From positions 2,491-66,490 of the forward strand of contig JBKDZO010000066.1 of assembly GCA_047971285.1 (NCBI GenBank): a stretch of 64,000 bases of DNA, given 5' to 3'. This document shows, piece by piece, positions 22,206 through 34,510 of this stretch. The position numbers and the translations under genes are program-made. This DNA is from Beutenbergiaceae bacterium (GTDB lineage: Bacteria; Actinomycetota; Actinomycetes; Actinomycetales; Beutenbergiaceae). The notes below the pieces were generated by a model that did no database searches, had not been told where the DNA came from, and saw only the letters and a list, made by a program, of their open reading frames with translations. Each line of letters begins with the position of its first letter. The first letter of the stretch is position 1.

Positions 22206-22967
22206 ATGCAGGCAAGAGCCGCGAGCCTAAATCCGGACTCGCTCGACTATCTGGCAGCCGCGAACAACCCAGTGATGTGGATCGCCGTCATCGGCATCTT
22301 CCTGGTCATCGCAGCCCAGACCGCCATCTACTACGTCACCGCCAAGAAGACCGCACCCGCGGTCGGAATGAGCGAGAACGATGTGCGGACCGCCTTCCGT
22401 GCCGGAGGCGTAGCCGCCATCGGACCGTCGCTGGCGATCGCACTCATCGCCATCACCTTCATCACCATCTTTGGTACCCCCGGTTCGCTCAGCCGTATCG
22501 GCCTGATCGGATCGGCGGCCTTCGAAGTCGCCGGTGCCCAGATCGCGGCCGGAACTCAGGGTGTGGAACTGGGAGGTGAGGGCTACACGCAGGCGGTCTT
22601 CGCCACTGTGCTGCTGGCGCTCTCACTGGCCGGCTCGGGTTGGATGCTGGTCACGTTGATCGCCACCCCGTTCCTGAAGCGCGGTACCGCGAGCCTGGAG
22701 AAGGCCAACAATCCCAAGGTCGCCGCAGCGATGGCGATCATTCCCACAGCGGCGCTCACCGGCGCATTCATGATCATCGGCATCCAGCAGATCCAGCGTG
22801 GCCTGGCGCACGTCCTGGTGCTGACCGCCAGTGCGGTGGTGATGGCGCTGAGCCTCTGGCTAGCCAAACGAGCCAACCAGCATTGGCTCAAGGAATGGGG
22901 ACTCGGATTCGGTGTGATCGCCGGAATCGTGGTCGGCGTCATCGCCAGTTCGGCGGGTGTCCAGTGA
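22206..22967 (+). CDS. polytopic membrane protein, DUF5058-like
   Basis: About 6 predicted hydrophobic spans. GGGGA Shine-Dalgarno lies 7 nt upstream. High GC3. First gene of a coupled three-gene unit ending in an M20 hydrolase. The family name is recalled, not searched. Confidence 0.7.
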   Translation: MQARAASLNPDSLDYLAAANNPVMWIAVIGIFLVIAAQTAIYYVTAKKTAPAVGMSENDVRTAFRAGGVAAIGPSLAIALIAITFITIFGTPGSLSRIGLIGSAAFEVAGAQIAAGTQGVELGGEGYTQAVFATVLLALSLAGSGWMLVTLIATPFLKRGTASLEKANNPKVAAAMAIIPTAALTGAFMIIGIQQIQRGLAHVLVLTASAVVMALSLWLAKRANQHWLKEWGLGFGVIAGIVVGVIASSAGVQ

Positions 22968-22993
22968 GCACCGCATCCGCCGGAGAAGTAACC

Positions 22994-23725
22994 ATGAGTC
23001 TGGATGCCAGCACCGCCTGGAGACACTTCGACAAGAAGACCTCGCGGTGGGGTCAGATCACCATGATCACCGCACTGATACTGATGGTGGGCGGACCCAC
23101 CATCATCGCCATGCAGCTCGGCGTCGAGCTGAGCGGGGTCTGGATCGCGGTCGTCGCCGTCGCCGCCGTCTTCGGGATCATCTGGGTGGTTGAGCCGTTT
23201 GCGTACTTCCCGATTCTGGGCGCGGCCAGCATGTATCAGGCGTTCATGATCGGGAACATCTCCAGCAAGCTGGTTCCCTCGGCCCTGGTGGCCCAAGCCG
23301 CGATCGATGCCAAACCAGACACCCGGCGTGGTCAACTGGCCTCGGTGCTGGCCATCTGCGGGGCCGCTGCGGTGCACCTGACATCGCTGTTGCTGTTCGT
23401 TGCCATCTTCGGCACCTTCGTGATCCAGCTCATCCCGGAGAATGTCATTACTGCGGTGCAGACCTACATCCTGTCTGCCGTGATGGGGGCGGTGCTGGTT
23501 CAAGTGGTCGTCAGCAATCCCAAGCCACGCATGCTGGGAATCGCGATCGGAGTGGGCCTGCTGGTGCAATTGGTGTTGGTGCCGCTGGCCCCGGTGGTGG
23601 CGTTCTTCGCCGTCGCGCTGGCGGTGGCACTGACCATTACCCTCGCGTTGACTCTCCCGGGCAAGGCGATGGACGCTCCCACGCCCAAGCCGACGACGAT
23701 TGGAACCGTGAATGACAACCGTTAG
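22994..23725 (+). CDS. polytopic membrane protein, unknown family
   Basis: Hydrophobic spans throughout (ITMITALILMVGGPTIIA, VWIAVVAVAAVFGIIWVV and others). ATG 22994, or alternatively GTG 22964 overlapping the upstream stop. The 3' end overlaps the M20 gene start by 14 nt. Confidence 0.65.
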   Translation: MSLDASTAWRHFDKKTSRWGQITMITALILMVGGPTIIAMQLGVELSGVWIAVVAVAAVFGIIWVVEPFAYFPILGAASMYQAFMIGNISSKLVPSALVAQAAIDAKPDTRRGQLASVLAICGAAAVHLTSLLLFVAIFGTFVIQLIPENVITAVQTYILSAVMGAVLVQVVVSNPKPRMLGIAIGVGLLVQLVLVPLAPVVAFFAVALAVALTITLALTLPGKAMDAPTPKPTTIGTVNDNR

Positions 23726-25172
23726 CAGTGCCGCGACCTCGGTGGCCAGCATCGCCCCGATCGTGGACGATCTGGCACCGCGATTCACCCGGCTGAGCGA
23801 TGAGATCTGGGATCACCCGGAACTGCGCTGGGAGGAGCATCGTTCCCTAGCGGCCCAGATAGCGGCGGCGGAGGAGTTCGGCGGGAACATCACCCGAGCA
23901 GTGGGCGGGGTGCCCACCGCGTTCACGGCTCAGTGGGGCACCGGCGGTCCGGTCATTGCCTTCCTGGGTGAGTACGACGCACTGGCATCACTGACCCAGG
24001 CGGCTGCCTCGGTGGTCCGCGAACCCGATCCGGACAGCCAATCCGAGGCCGGTCACGGGTGCGGTCACAATCTGCTCGGATCCGGATCCCTGCTGGCTGC
24101 GGTGGCAACGGCGCGGCAGCTGCAGCAGGCGGGCCTGCCGGGCACCGTCCGCTACTACGGTTGCCCAGCCGAGGAAGGTGCTGCCGGGAAGACGTTCATG
24201 GTGCTCGGAGGAGCGTTCGACGACGTGGACGCGGCAATCACCAACCATCCGGCCGACGCGATGTCCTCCAGCCAGTGGAACTCCCTGGCCTACACCCAGG
24301 CCTACTTCAGGTTCCGCGGGCTGCCCTCACATGCCGGGGCCGCACCGCAGCACGGACGCAGCGCGTTGGACGCCGCCGAATTGATGAACGTCGGGGTGAA
24401 CTTCCTGCGGGAGCACATGGACGACTCCGATCGAATCCACTATGCCTTCGTCGACGCCGGTGGCCCCTCGGCGAACGTGGTGCAACCCACGGCCGAGCTG
24501 TACTACATCGTGCGTTCACCCACCGTGGCGCGCATGCGCGCGCTGTATGAGCGGGTGCAGAAGGTGGCGCAGGGTGCGGCCTTGATGACCGAGACGGACG
24601 TGGAAATCGACTTCGACGGTGCGTGCGCCGAGTTGCTGCCCAACCGGGTGCTGGAGGAACGGCTGCACGCCAACGTGACCGAACTCGGCGGAGTGCCGTT
24701 CGATGAGGCGGATCAGCAGTTCGGGCGCCAGATCGCCCAGGGTCTGCCGCCGGGGGCGGAGGAAGGTGCCCGCCGGATGCGGGGTCTGGCACCCCAGTCG
24801 CCGCCCTACTACGACGCGGTCCCGCCGCTGGTGGATGCCGCTCATCGGGGGCAGATGACCGGTTCCACCGATGTCGGCGATGTCAGCTGGGTCACTCCGA
24901 CGGTCCAGATCATGATGGGCACCGCCGTGCTGGGTACGCCGATGCACTCGTGGCAGATGGTCTCGCAGGGCAAGAGCGCCGCGGCCCACAAAGGCATGAT
25001 CCACGGCGCCAAAGCCATGGCTGCAACGGCCTTGGACCTGTTCACGGACGCCGAACTGCGTTCGGCTGCCACCGCGGAGTTCCAGTCGGTGATCTCCCAG
25101 ACACCGTACGACCGTCCCATTCCGGACGGTGTCCTGCCGCCACCCCTGCGGGAGAACTACCAGCCGGCGTGA
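23712..25172 (+). CDS. M20-family amidohydrolase (AbgB / aminobenzoyl-glutamate hydrolase subunit B-like)
   Basis: IWDHPELRWEEHRS N-terminus, metal ligands in GHGCGHNLLG, and CPAEEGAAGK. About 485 aa as in AbgB-type enzymes. Confidence 0.85.
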   Translation: MTTVSSAATSVASIAPIVDDLAPRFTRLSDEIWDHPELRWEEHRSLAAQIAAAEEFGGNITRAVGGVPTAFTAQWGTGGPVIAFLGEYDALASLTQAAASVVREPDPDSQSEAGHGCGHNLLGSGSLLAAVATARQLQQAGLPGTVRYYGCPAEEGAAGKTFMVLGGAFDDVDAAITNHPADAMSSSQWNSLAYTQAYFRFRGLPSHAGAAPQHGRSALDAAELMNVGVNFLREHMDDSDRIHYAFVDAGGPSANVVQPTAELYYIVRSPTVARMRALYERVQKVAQGAALMTETDVEIDFDGACAELLPNRVLEERLHANVTELGGVPFDEADQQFGRQIAQGLPPGAEEGARRMRGLAPQSPPYYDAVPPLVDAAHRGQMTGSTDVGDVSWVTPTVQIMMGTAVLGTPMHSWQMVSQGKSAAAHKGMIHGAKAMAATALDLFTDAELRSAATAEFQSVISQTPYDRPIPDGVLPPPLRENYQPA

Positions 25173-25226
25173 GCAGCTGAGGTGGGGTCGGCAACAGCCG
25201 GCCCCACCTCTGGCAAGGTTGACCCA

Positions 25227-25826
25227 ATGAGCCAACCATCCTCGCGGCACGACCTGCGCCAGGGTCGTATCAGCAGCACGGATCGGAGGATCGTGCGCAC
25301 CCGGGCACGGCTGGTGGAGGCCTTCCGGGCCTTGATCGACGAATCGCCGGGGGAGCGGGTCACAGTCTCGGCGGTGGTCCGGCGTGCACGGGTGGCTCGC
25401 TCCTCCTTCTACACCCACTTCGTGGATCTGGGCGACCTCGCAGCAACCGCGCTGACCGAAGTCAACGATGCCATCGTCTCCCTGGCGCGCATGGCTGTGC
25501 AGCAGGGCGGATCCAGAACGCAGACCAACCGGCAGGTCGGATTGGACATCGCACGATACCTCGCGGACCGCAAGGAGACCTTCGGTCCGCTGCTGATCAG
25601 CGGTGGCCGGTTCGCGGAGGCGCTCATCGCCTCATTGGCCGAACAATCGATGCAGACGCTGCGCACGCGCGAACGGCTGCTGACCAACCCCGAGGTGTCG
25701 GCTCACTACATGGCCGGCGGGCTGGTCCATGTGCTGGCCTGGTGGCTCAACCAGGGGCAGGACCTAACCGTGGACGAGCTGGCCGATGCCTTGATCTCGG
25801 TGACTCCGGCAGATTTCGTCGACTGA
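25227..25826 (+). CDS. TetR/AcrR-family transcriptional regulator
   Basis: N-terminal HTH: [45 protein letters not shown]. Confidence 0.85.
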   Translation: MSQPSSRHDLRQGRISSTDRRIVRTRARLVEAFRALIDESPGERVTVSAVVRRARVARSSFYTHFVDLGDLAATALTEVNDAIVSLARMAVQQGGSRTQTNRQVGLDIARYLADRKETFGPLLISGGRFAEALIASLAEQSMQTLRTRERLLTNPEVSAHYMAGGLVHVLAWWLNQGQDLTVDELADALISVTPADFVD

Positions 25827-25858
25827 CCAGGCGCTGGTGGCCAACTACGCTGGCGGAC

Positions 25859-27799
25859 ATGGCGGATCCACGTAGTTACCGGCCCAAGCCGGGTGAGATC
25901 CCCACCCAGCCGGGGGTGTACCGATTCCGGGACGGTCACGGCCGGGTGATCTATGTCGGCAAGGCGGTGTCGCTGCGATCTCGGTTGTCGTCCTACTTCG
26001 CCAATCCGGCCACGCTGCATCCACGCACTCAGCAGATGGTCACCAGTGCCGCCAGTGTGGACTGGACGGTGGTGGGCACCGAGGTGGAAGCGCTCGCCCT
26101 CGAATACGCCTGGATCAAGGAGTTCGACCCGCGGTTCAACGTCAAGTACCGCGATGACAAGTCCTACCCGTTCCTGGCCATCACCATGTCCGAGGAGTTC
26201 CCCCGGGTGCAGGTGATGCGGGGACGCAAGCGCAAAGGAACCCGCTATTTCGGGCCATATTCGCATGCGTGGGCCATCCGGGAGACCGTCGATCTGCTGC
26301 TGCGGGTATTCCCGATCCGTTCCTGCTCGACCGGGGTGTTCAAGCGGGCGGGCCAGTCCGGGCGGCCATGTCTGCTCGGGTATATCGACAAGTGCTCGGC
26401 GCCGTGCGTCGGGAATATCGACGCCGATGCCCACCGCGAACTGGCGCAGGATTTCAGCGCGTTCATGGCCGGTGATACCGGCACCTACCTCGATCGCCTG
26501 GACGAACAGATGAGGGCGGCGTCCGCCGCGCAGGAATACGAACGGGCTGCGCGGCTACGCGACGACATCGGTGCGTTGCGCAAGGTGCTGGACCGCAATG
26601 CGATGGTCCTGCCAGAACAGACCAACGCCGACGTGTTCGCCATGGCCACCGATGAGCTGGAGGCATCGGTGCAGGTGTTCCACATCCGGGGCGGGCGGGT
26701 GCGCGGCCAGCGCGGCTGGGTCACCGAACGGGTCGAGGAACTCAGCGACGGCGAACTGCTCGAACGGCTGCTCACCCAGGTGTACGGAGACGGCGATGCT
26801 GACGGCGAGGCCATCCCGCGCGAGGTGATCGTGCCGGTGCTGCCGGAGGACGTGAACGAACTGCAGTCCTGGCTCGGCGGCCTGCGCGGCTCCCGGGTGA
26901 GCGTGCGAGTGGCCCAGCGCGGTGACAAGCGGGTGCTGGCACAAACTGTGCAACGCAACGCTGAGCAAGCCCTCGCGCTGCACAAGACCAGGCGGGCCGG
27001 GGATCTCAGCGCCCGGTCACAAGCGCTACAGCAGTTGCAGGACAACCTGGGCATGTCCACCTCGCCGCTGCGCATCGAGTGCTACGACATCTCCCACACC
27101 CAAGGCAGCGAGCAGGTTGCGTCCATGGTGGTGTTCGAAGATGGACTGGCACGCAAGAGCGAATACCGCCACTTCGTCATCCGTGGCGAAGGCGGCGAAG
27201 GCGCGCGAGACGACACCGAGGCGATGGCCGAGGTGCTCACCCGACGGTTCCGCAGATACCTGGAGGAACTCGATTCGCCGTCGACCGATGACGACGGCGG
27301 GCGGCGCAAGCGATTCGCCTACCCGCCGAATCTGGTGGTCGTCGACGGCGGGCAACCCCAGGTGGCGGCCGCCGAACGGGCTCTGTCCGAGCTGGGGATC
27401 GTGGATATCACCATCGTTGGCCTGGCCAAGCGGCTGGAGGAGGTGTGGCTCGTCGGTGAGGACTTCCCGCTGGTGTTGCCCCGCAGTTCGGAGGGTCTGT
27501 ACCTGCTGCAACGGGTACGCGATGAGGCACACCGGTTCGCTATCGGCCACCACCGCAAGCGACGCTCGAAGTCCATGACTCGTTCGGAGCTGGAATCGAT
27601 TCCGGGGCTGGGTCCAACCCGGCAGGCAGCCCTGTTGCGCACCTTCGGGTCGGTGCGTGCATTGCGCACGGCCAGCGAGACGCAGATCGCACAGGCCCCC
27701 GGGATCGGCCCGCAATTGGCCAAGCAGGTCCGGGCAGCGCTGATGGACTCCACGCCGAGCGATTCCGCGACCGGTTCTGCGGGCACCGCGAGTTCGTGA
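25859..27799 (+). CDS. uvrC: excinuclease ABC subunit C
   Basis: GIY-YIG N-terminus [25 protein letters not shown] motif ([18 protein letters not shown]) and C-terminal (HhH)2 [14 protein letters not shown] 25859 was chosen over 25742, which overlaps the TetR gene. Confidence 0.96.
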   Translation: MADPRSYRPKPGEIPTQPGVYRFRDGHGRVIYVGKAVSLRSRLSSYFANPATLHPRTQQMVTSAASVDWTVVGTEVEALALEYAWIKEFDPRFNVKYRDDKSYPFLAITMSEEFPRVQVMRGRKRKGTRYFGPYSHAWAIRETVDLLLRVFPIRSCSTGVFKRAGQSGRPCLLGYIDKCSAPCVGNIDADAHRELAQDFSAFMAGDTGTYLDRLDEQMRAASAAQEYERAARLRDDIGALRKVLDRNAMVLPEQTNADVFAMATDELEASVQVFHIRGGRVRGQRGWVTERVEELSDGELLERLLTQVYGDGDADGEAIPREVIVPVLPEDVNELQSWLGGLRGSRVSVRVAQRGDKRVLAQTVQRNAEQALALHKTRRAGDLSARSQALQQLQDNLGMSTSPLRIECYDISHTQGSEQVASMVVFEDGLARKSEYRHFVIRGEGGEGARDDTEAMAEVLTRRFRRYLEELDSPSTDDDGGRRKRFAYPPNLVVVDGGQPQVAAAERALSELGIVDITIVGLAKRLEEVWLVGEDFPLVLPRSSEGLYLLQRVRDEAHRFAIGHHRKRRSKSMTRSELESIPGLGPTRQAALLRTFGSVRALRTASETQIAQAPGIGPQLAKQVRAALMDSTPSDSATGSAGTASS

Positions 27800-27811
27800 C
27801 ATGCTCAGAGC

Positions 27812-28816
27812 ATGACTGAGCCCGGTAGCGCCACGCCGGAAAAGGGTGCGGAAGGGGGCACGGCAGAGGGCACTGCCGCCGCCATGACGTCGGGTCCGTT
27901 GACGATGCCGTCCGGTATACCGCTGCTGGAACAGCAGACCCCGATGAGTCCAGACCACCGGCCCGAGGTCATCATCGTGACCGGCATGTCCGGTGCCGGC
28001 CGCACCCGCACCGCCGCCGTGCTGGAGGATCTGGACTGGTACGTCGTGGACAACCTGCCGCCCAGGATGCTGCTGCCACTGGCAGGGATGCTGGCGCCGG
28101 GGGAGACGGGCGTGAAGCGGCTGGCGGTGGTGTTGGATGTGCGCAGCCGCGAGTTCTTCGCGGACCTGGTGCAGGTGCTCGACGATCTGCGCACCCAGCG
28201 CATCGACTACCGCATCGTGTTCCTGGACGCCTCCGATGAGGCCCTGGTGCGCCGGTTCGAGCAGGTCCGCAGGCCCCATCCACTGCAGGGCCAAGGCCGC
28301 ATGCTCGACGGCATCGCCCAGGAACGCAGCCTGCTGCGGGATGTTCGCCGGCGCGCCGACGTCACCATCGACACCAGTGATCTCTCGGTGCATGACCTGG
28401 CCCGGACCGTGCGGGACATCATCGCCGGCGAAACGGCCGATGATCTGCGCATCACCGTGGTCAGCTTCGGATTCAAGTACGGTCTGCCGCTGGACGCCGA
28501 CCACGTGGTCGATGTGCGCTTCCTGAAGAACCCGTACTGGGTGACCGAGCTGCGTCATCTGACCGGCAAGGATGAGCCGGTGCGGGACTACGTGCTGGGG
28601 CTGCCCGGCGCCCGCGATTTCGTCACCCGGTACCTGGACGCGGTCATGCCGATCCTGCCCGGGTACGTTCAGGAGCAGAAGCCATACGTCACGATCGCCA
28701 TCGGGTGCACCGGTGGAAAGCACCGCTCGGTCGCGCTCACGGAAGCTGTGGCCGCAGGTCTGCGGGAGCGCGGGCACGCCGCGCTGACGGTCCACCGGGA
28801 CCTGGGGCGCGAATGA
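27812..28816 (+). CDS. rapZ: RNase adapter protein RapZ
   Basis: P-loop VTGMSGAGRTRTA followed by LEDLDWYVVDNLPP, with the C-terminal IGCTGGKHRSV motif. Confidence 0.92.
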   Translation: MTEPGSATPEKGAEGGTAEGTAAAMTSGPLTMPSGIPLLEQQTPMSPDHRPEVIIVTGMSGAGRTRTAAVLEDLDWYVVDNLPPRMLLPLAGMLAPGETGVKRLAVVLDVRSREFFADLVQVLDDLRTQRIDYRIVFLDASDEALVRRFEQVRRPHPLQGQGRMLDGIAQERSLLRDVRRRADVTIDTSDLSVHDLARTVRDIIAGETADDLRITVVSFGFKYGLPLDADHVVDVRFLKNPYWVTELRHLTGKDEPVRDYVLGLPGARDFVTRYLDAVMPILPGYVQEQKPYVTIAIGCTGGKHRSVALTEAVAAGLRERGHAALTVHRDLGRE

Positions 28817-29808
28817 CCACCGGCCGGCACGCCGCCGCCGGGCGTGGCATCAAGGTCGTCGCGCTGGGCGGTGGACACGGCCTGGCCGCGACCCTCGCTG
28901 CCCTGCGGCATGTGTCCCCGGACGTCACGGCGGTAGTCACCGTTGCCGACGACGGCGGTTCCTCCGGCCGGTTGCGTGAGGAACTCGATGTGTTGCCGCC
29001 GGGCGATCTGCGGATGGCTGTCTCGGCCCTGTGCGAGTCCTCCGAGTGGGGTCAGACCTGGCGCGATGTGCTGCAGCACCGGTTCCAGACCGAGGGTGAC
29101 CTGAACGGTCACGCGGTCGGGAACCTGCTGCTGGTGGCAATCTGGCAGCTCCTGGGGGACGAGGTCGCGGGATTGGACCTGATCGGACGCCTGCTCGGTG
29201 CCCATGGCCGGGTGCTGCCGATGGCCACGACACCGCTGCAGATCGAGGCCGAGGTCCGCAGTACCGAGGCCCCCGGTGCGCCGACACTGCAGATCCGCGG
29301 CCAGAGCCGGGTGGCGGTGACGTCCGGTTTCGTCGACAAGGTGCGGCTGGTGCCAGCCGATGCGCCTGCCTGCCCGGAAGCGGTGGCGGCCATCGATGAT
29401 GCCGACTGGGTGATTCTCGGTCCCGGCTCCTGGTTCACCTCGGTGATGCCGCACCTGTTGCTTCCCGGAATCAGGCAGGCGTTGCGCCGCACCCAGGCTC
29501 GGCTCGCGCTGACCTTGAACCTGGCCTCGCAACCGGGGGAGACCGCCGGCTATTCCGCCGCCGATCACCTGCGATCTCTGCGTGAGTATGCGCCCGACCT
29601 GAACGTCGATATCGTTATCGCTGATCCCAGTGCAATAGAAGATCTAGACGATGTGCTGGAGTGCGCTGGAGCAGTAGGGGCACGGGTGCTATTGCGACAG
29701 GTGGGTAGAGGCGGAACGGCGGCTCAGCACGACCCCCTGCGGCTGGCAGCGGCCTATCGTGATGCATTTGACGGGATACTCGGGGACGTCAGGGAGAACT
29801 CGCAGTGA
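28813..29808 (+). CDS. yvcK: YvcK/CofD-like gluconeogenesis / cell-shape factor
   Basis: [15 protein letters not shown]-terminal motif and [16 protein letters not shown] overlap with rapZ. Conserved rapZ-yvcK-whiA order. Confidence 0.88.
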   Translation: MTTGRHAAAGRGIKVVALGGGHGLAATLAALRHVSPDVTAVVTVADDGGSSGRLREELDVLPPGDLRMAVSALCESSEWGQTWRDVLQHRFQTEGDLNGHAVGNLLLVAIWQLLGDEVAGLDLIGRLLGAHGRVLPMATTPLQIEAEVRSTEAPGAPTLQIRGQSRVAVTSGFVDKVRLVPADAPACPEAVAAIDDADWVILGPGSWFTSVMPHLLLPGIRQALRRTQARLALTLNLASQPGETAGYSAADHLRSLREYAPDLNVDIVIADPSAIEDLDDVLECAGAVGARVLLRQVGRGGTAAQHDPLRLAAAYRDAFDGILGDVRENSQ

Positions 29809-29816
29809 ATGGCAGG

Positions 29817-30809
29817 ATGGCGCTCATGTCGCTAACCGCAGACGTCAAGGACGAACTTGCGCGCCTGCGGGTGGACAAGACATCGGCGCGCAAGGCAGAG
29901 GTCGCTGCGACCCTGCGGTTCGCGGGCGGGCTGCACATCATTTCCGGACGCATCGTTATCGAAGCCGAACTGGACACCGGCATTGCGGCACGGCGGCTGC
30001 GGCAAGCCATCGCCGAGGTCTACGGGCACGGCAGTGAAGTGATCGTGGTCTCCGGGGGTGCGTTGCGCCGTGGCAACCGGTACGTGGTCCGCGTGGTCAA
30101 GGATGGCGAGGCGCTGGCTCGTCAGACCGGCCTGCTGGATTCCCGTGGGCGCCCGGTGCGCGGGCTGCCACCGCAGGTGGTCTCCGCCAGCCTCAACGAC
30201 GCGGTCGCGGCCTGGCGTGGAGCCTTCCTGGCGCACGGGTCACTGACGGAGCCGGGACGATCGTCGGCGCTGGAGGTGACCTGCCCTGGACCCGAAGCCG
30301 CGTTGGCGTTGGTCGGCGCGGCCCGCCGGCTGGGCATCGCCGCCAAGGCCCGGGAGGTCCGCGGCGTGGACCGGGTGGTCATCCGCGACGGTGACGCGAT
30401 CAGCGCCATGCTCACCCGCATGGGCGCCCACGATGCGGTGCTGGCCTGGGAGGAGCGGCGGCTACGCCGGGAGGTCCGGGGGGCGGCCAATCGGCTGGCG
30501 AATTTCGACGATGCGAATCTGCGGCGTTCGGCTCAAGCTGCGGTGGCTGCCGGTGCCCGGGTCCAGCGCGCTTTCGAAATCCTCGGTGATGAGGTCCCCG
30601 ATCATCTGGCGCAAGCGGGCAAGCTGCGGTTGGAGCACCGGCAGGCAAGCCTGGAAGAGTTGGGCCAGCGTGCTGACCCGCCGTTGACCAAGGATGCCGT
30701 CGCCGGTCGGATCCGGCGACTCTTGGCCATGGCGGACAAGAAAGCCCAGGACGAAGGCATACCCGATACCGAAGCGAGCTTGACTCCGGAGATGCTCGAC
30801 GGGCTGTGA
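29817..30809 (+). CDS. whiA: sporulation/cell-division transcription factor WhiA
   Basis: [13 protein letters not shown]-terminus, LAGLIDADG-like core and a C-terminal HTH ([24 protein letters not shown]). The start could be GTG 29805, ATG 29817 or ATG 29826. Confidence 0.93.
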   Translation: MALMSLTADVKDELARLRVDKTSARKAEVAATLRFAGGLHIISGRIVIEAELDTGIAARRLRQAIAEVYGHGSEVIVVSGGALRRGNRYVVRVVKDGEALARQTGLLDSRGRPVRGLPPQVVSASLNDAVAAWRGAFLAHGSLTEPGRSSALEVTCPGPEAALALVGAARRLGIAAKAREVRGVDRVVIRDGDAISAMLTRMGAHDAVLAWEERRLRREVRGAANRLANFDDANLRRSAQAAVAAGARVQRAFEILGDEVPDHLAQAGKLRLEHRQASLEELGQRADPPLTKDAVAGRIRRLLAMADKKAQDEGIPDTEASLTPEMLDGL

Positions 30810-30967
30810 CTGTTCTCACGCCCTGATATCCAGGCCAAGGTCCTACCCTGGCGGTGTAACGTTACCTCTGCCGAGGATGCCGGGAGCGCTCGGCATTCCC
30901 GGATGCTTGTGCCCATCGCATCGAATAGCTCGAACCAATAGGCGTGAGCGCTCCGCAAACCCAATGA

Positions 30968-32008
<1,041 letters not shown>

Positions 32009-32028
32009 TCCGAGCGCGAGTGACCCGC

Positions 32029-32067
32029 GACGCCCGCGCCGCAGCAGATATTGCGGCAGCGGGCGTC
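32029..32067 (+). other. intercistronic stem-loop between gap and pgk
   Basis: gacgcccgcgccgca (32029-32043) pairs with tgcggcagcgggcgtc (32052-32067). The stem is about 15 bp with one bulge. Confidence 0.4.
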
Positions 32068-32119
32068 GCTGTGTCGAACCAGCACCCATCCACCCCGACA
32101 ACGACCGGAGCCATTCCGA

Positions 32120-33322
32120 ATGACGACCATTGCCGACCTGGGCGATCTGCGTGGCAAGCGCGTTCTCGTCCGCGCTGACTTCAACGTGCCGCTGGACGGC
32201 ACCACCATCACTGACGACGGCCGCATCCGCGCCGCTCTGCCCACGATCACGACCCTGGTCGAGGCGGGTGCCCGCGTAATCCTGGTGGCGCACCTGGGCC
32301 GTCCCGCCGGCGAGGGTTTCGAAGCGAAGTTCTCCCTGGCACCGGTTGCGGAACGCCTCGGCGAACTGCTGGACGCGCCGGTGGCGCTGGCCGGCGACCT
32401 GGTCGGGCCATCGGCACAGCAGACCGTCGCCGGCCTGACCGATGGCGGCGTGGCATTGCTGGAGAACGTCCGATTCGACAGCCGGGAAACCAGCAAGGAC
32501 GCCGAGCAGCGCCAGGCGCTCGCCGCTGAGCTGGCAGCGCTGGCGGACGCGTACGTCTCCGACGGGTTCGGCGTGGTGCACCGCAAGCAGGCCAGCGTCT
32601 ACGACGTCGCCACCAAACTCCCGCATGCGTTGGGTTCGCTGGTCCAGACCGAGGTGCAGGCACTGCGTCGCGCCACCGATGACCCGGCCCGCCCCTACGC
32701 CGTGGTTCTGGGTGGGGCCAAGGTCTCGGACAAGCTGGGCGTGATCGAGAACCTGCTCGGCAAGGCGGATCGGCTGCTGATCGGTGGTGGCATGGTCTTC
32801 ACCTTCCTGGCAGCGCAGGGTCATTCGGTCGGTAAGTCGTTGCTGGAGGCCGACCAGATCGACGTGGTCAAGGGATACCTGGAGACCGCAGCGCAACGAG
32901 GTGTGCAGATCGTCCTTCCCACCGACATCGTGGTCGCAGCCGAGTTCGCTGCAGACTCCCCGGCCACAGTGGTCGGGGTGGACGCCATTCCCGACGATCA
33001 ACTGGGCTTGGATATCGGCCCGCAGTCGCAAGCGGCCTTCCGCACCGCTGTCCTAGACGCCAAGACGATCGTGTGGAACGGCCCGATGGGCGTGTTCGAG
33101 TTCCCGGCATTCGCCGGTGGTACCCGCGAGCTGGCTCAGGCCATCATCGATGCCACAGCCGCGGGGGCGTTCAGCGTCGTCGGCGGTGGCGATTCGGCAG
33201 CAGCCGTGCGCAAGCTCGGATTCGACGAAGCAGGATTTAGTCATATCTCAACCGGTGGCGGTGCGTCGCTGGAGTTCCTGGAGGGCAAGGACCTCCCCGG
33301 TATCGCAGTCTTGGAGGACTGA
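32120..33322 (+). CDS. pgk: phosphoglycerate kinase
   Basis: [15 protein letters not shown]-terminal signature and [12 protein letters not shown] 32120 was chosen because the 32051 start adds non-conserved residues across the hairpin. Confidence 0.97.
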   Translation: MTTIADLGDLRGKRVLVRADFNVPLDGTTITDDGRIRAALPTITTLVEAGARVILVAHLGRPAGEGFEAKFSLAPVAERLGELLDAPVALAGDLVGPSAQQTVAGLTDGGVALLENVRFDSRETSKDAEQRQALAAELAALADAYVSDGFGVVHRKQASVYDVATKLPHALGSLVQTEVQALRRATDDPARPYAVVLGGAKVSDKLGVIENLLGKADRLLIGGGMVFTFLAAQGHSVGKSLLEADQIDVVKGYLETAAQRGVQIVLPTDIVVAAEFAADSPATVVGVDAIPDDQLGLDIGPQSQAAFRTAVLDAKTIVWNGPMGVFEFPAFAGGTRELAQAIIDATAAGAFSVVGGGDSAAAVRKLGFDEAGFSHISTGGGASLEFLEGKDLPGIAVLED

Positions 33323-33325
33323 ACA

Positions 33326-34123
33326 ATGACTCAGACCCGCATCCCGCTGATGGCGGGGAACTGGAAGATGAACCAGGACCACCTGCAGGCCACCCACCTG
33401 CTGCAGAAGCTCGCCTGGGCGTTGAAGGACGCCAAGCACGACTACACCAAGGTGGAAGTGGTGGTCGTGCCACCGTTCACCGATCTGCGCTCGGTGCAGA
33501 CCCTGACCGACGCCGACAAGCTCTCCGTGGGCTACGGCGCCCAGGACATCTCCGCCCACGCCAGCGGCGCCTACACCGGCGAGATCTCAGCGGCGATGCT
33601 GTCCAAGCTCGGTGTCAGCTACGCGGTGGTGGGTCACTCCGAGCGGCGCGAGTACCACGCCGAATCCGACGCGCTGGTCGGCGCGAAGGCCAAGGCCGCA
33701 CTCGGCTCCGACATCACCCCGATCATCTGCGTGGGCGAAGGCCTGGATATCCGCAAGGCCGGGGAGCAGGTGCCCTACACGCTGGCCCAGGTGGACGGCG
33801 CCTTCGCCGGTATCGACGCCGCCGATGCCGCACGCACCGTCGTGGCCTATGAACCGGTCTGGGCGATCGGCACCGGCGAAGTGGCGACCCCCGATGACGC
33901 ACAGGAAGTGTGCGGTGCGATCCGGTCGCGGCTGGCCGAGCTGTACTCGCCGGAGGTGGCGGGCAAGATCCGGGTGCTCTACGGGGGGTCGGTGAAGTCC
34001 GGCAATGTCGCCTCGATCATGGCCCAGCCCGATGTGGACGGGGCCCTGGTCGGCGGCGCCAGCCTGGACGCGGACGAGTTCGCTGCCATCGCCCGCTACC
34101 AGTCGCATCAGGTGGGCCTGTAG
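33326..34123 (+). CDS. tpiA: triose-phosphate isomerase
   Basis: AGNWKMN, VGHSERR and [11 protein letters not shown] active-site motifs. Confidence 0.97.
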   Translation: MTQTRIPLMAGNWKMNQDHLQATHLLQKLAWALKDAKHDYTKVEVVVVPPFTDLRSVQTLTDADKLSVGYGAQDISAHASGAYTGEISAAMLSKLGVSYAVVGHSERREYHAESDALVGAKAKAALGSDITPIICVGEGLDIRKAGEQVPYTLAQVDGAFAGIDAADAARTVVAYEPVWAIGTGEVATPDDAQEVCGAIRSRLAELYSPEVAGKIRVLYGGSVKSGNVASIMAQPDVDGALVGGASLDADEFAAIARYQSHQVGL

Positions 34124-34236
34124 CTGGTTCGCCCGGTGCGGTTCCAGCCTCTCAGCTAGGTGCTGCGGCACGGGCCAGGTAAACTCGCCTGGGTCCCGGG
34201 GTTTGAGAGAAGTCTCCAGGGGAGCAACAGTAAGGA

Positions 34237-34488
34237 GTGCGCGTGACCGCGCTGACGATTGTGCTGCAGGTGCTGCTGGTGATCACCAGCTTCCTGCTGA
34301 TCTTGTCCATCCTGATGCATAAGGGCAAGGGAGGCGGGCTATCGGACATGTTCGGTGGCGGCATCTCCTCCAGCATCGGCAGTTCCGGGGTCGCTGAACG
34401 CAACCTGAACCGGATCACCATTGGCTCGGCCTTGATCTGGGGAATCGTGATTGTGCTGCTGGGACTGATCCAACGGGTCAGCCTGTAA
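34237..34488 (+). CDS. secG: preprotein translocase subunit SecG
   Basis: 83 aa with two TM segments flanking the glycine-rich loop HKGKGGGLSDMFGGG. Conserved position after tpiA. Confidence 0.9.
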   Translation: MRVTALTIVLQVLLVITSFLLILSILMHKGKGGGLSDMFGGGISSSIGSSGVAERNLNRITIGSALIWGIVIVLLGLIQRVSL

Positions 34489-34510
34489 CTGAAGACGAGG
34501 GAGTAATTTC

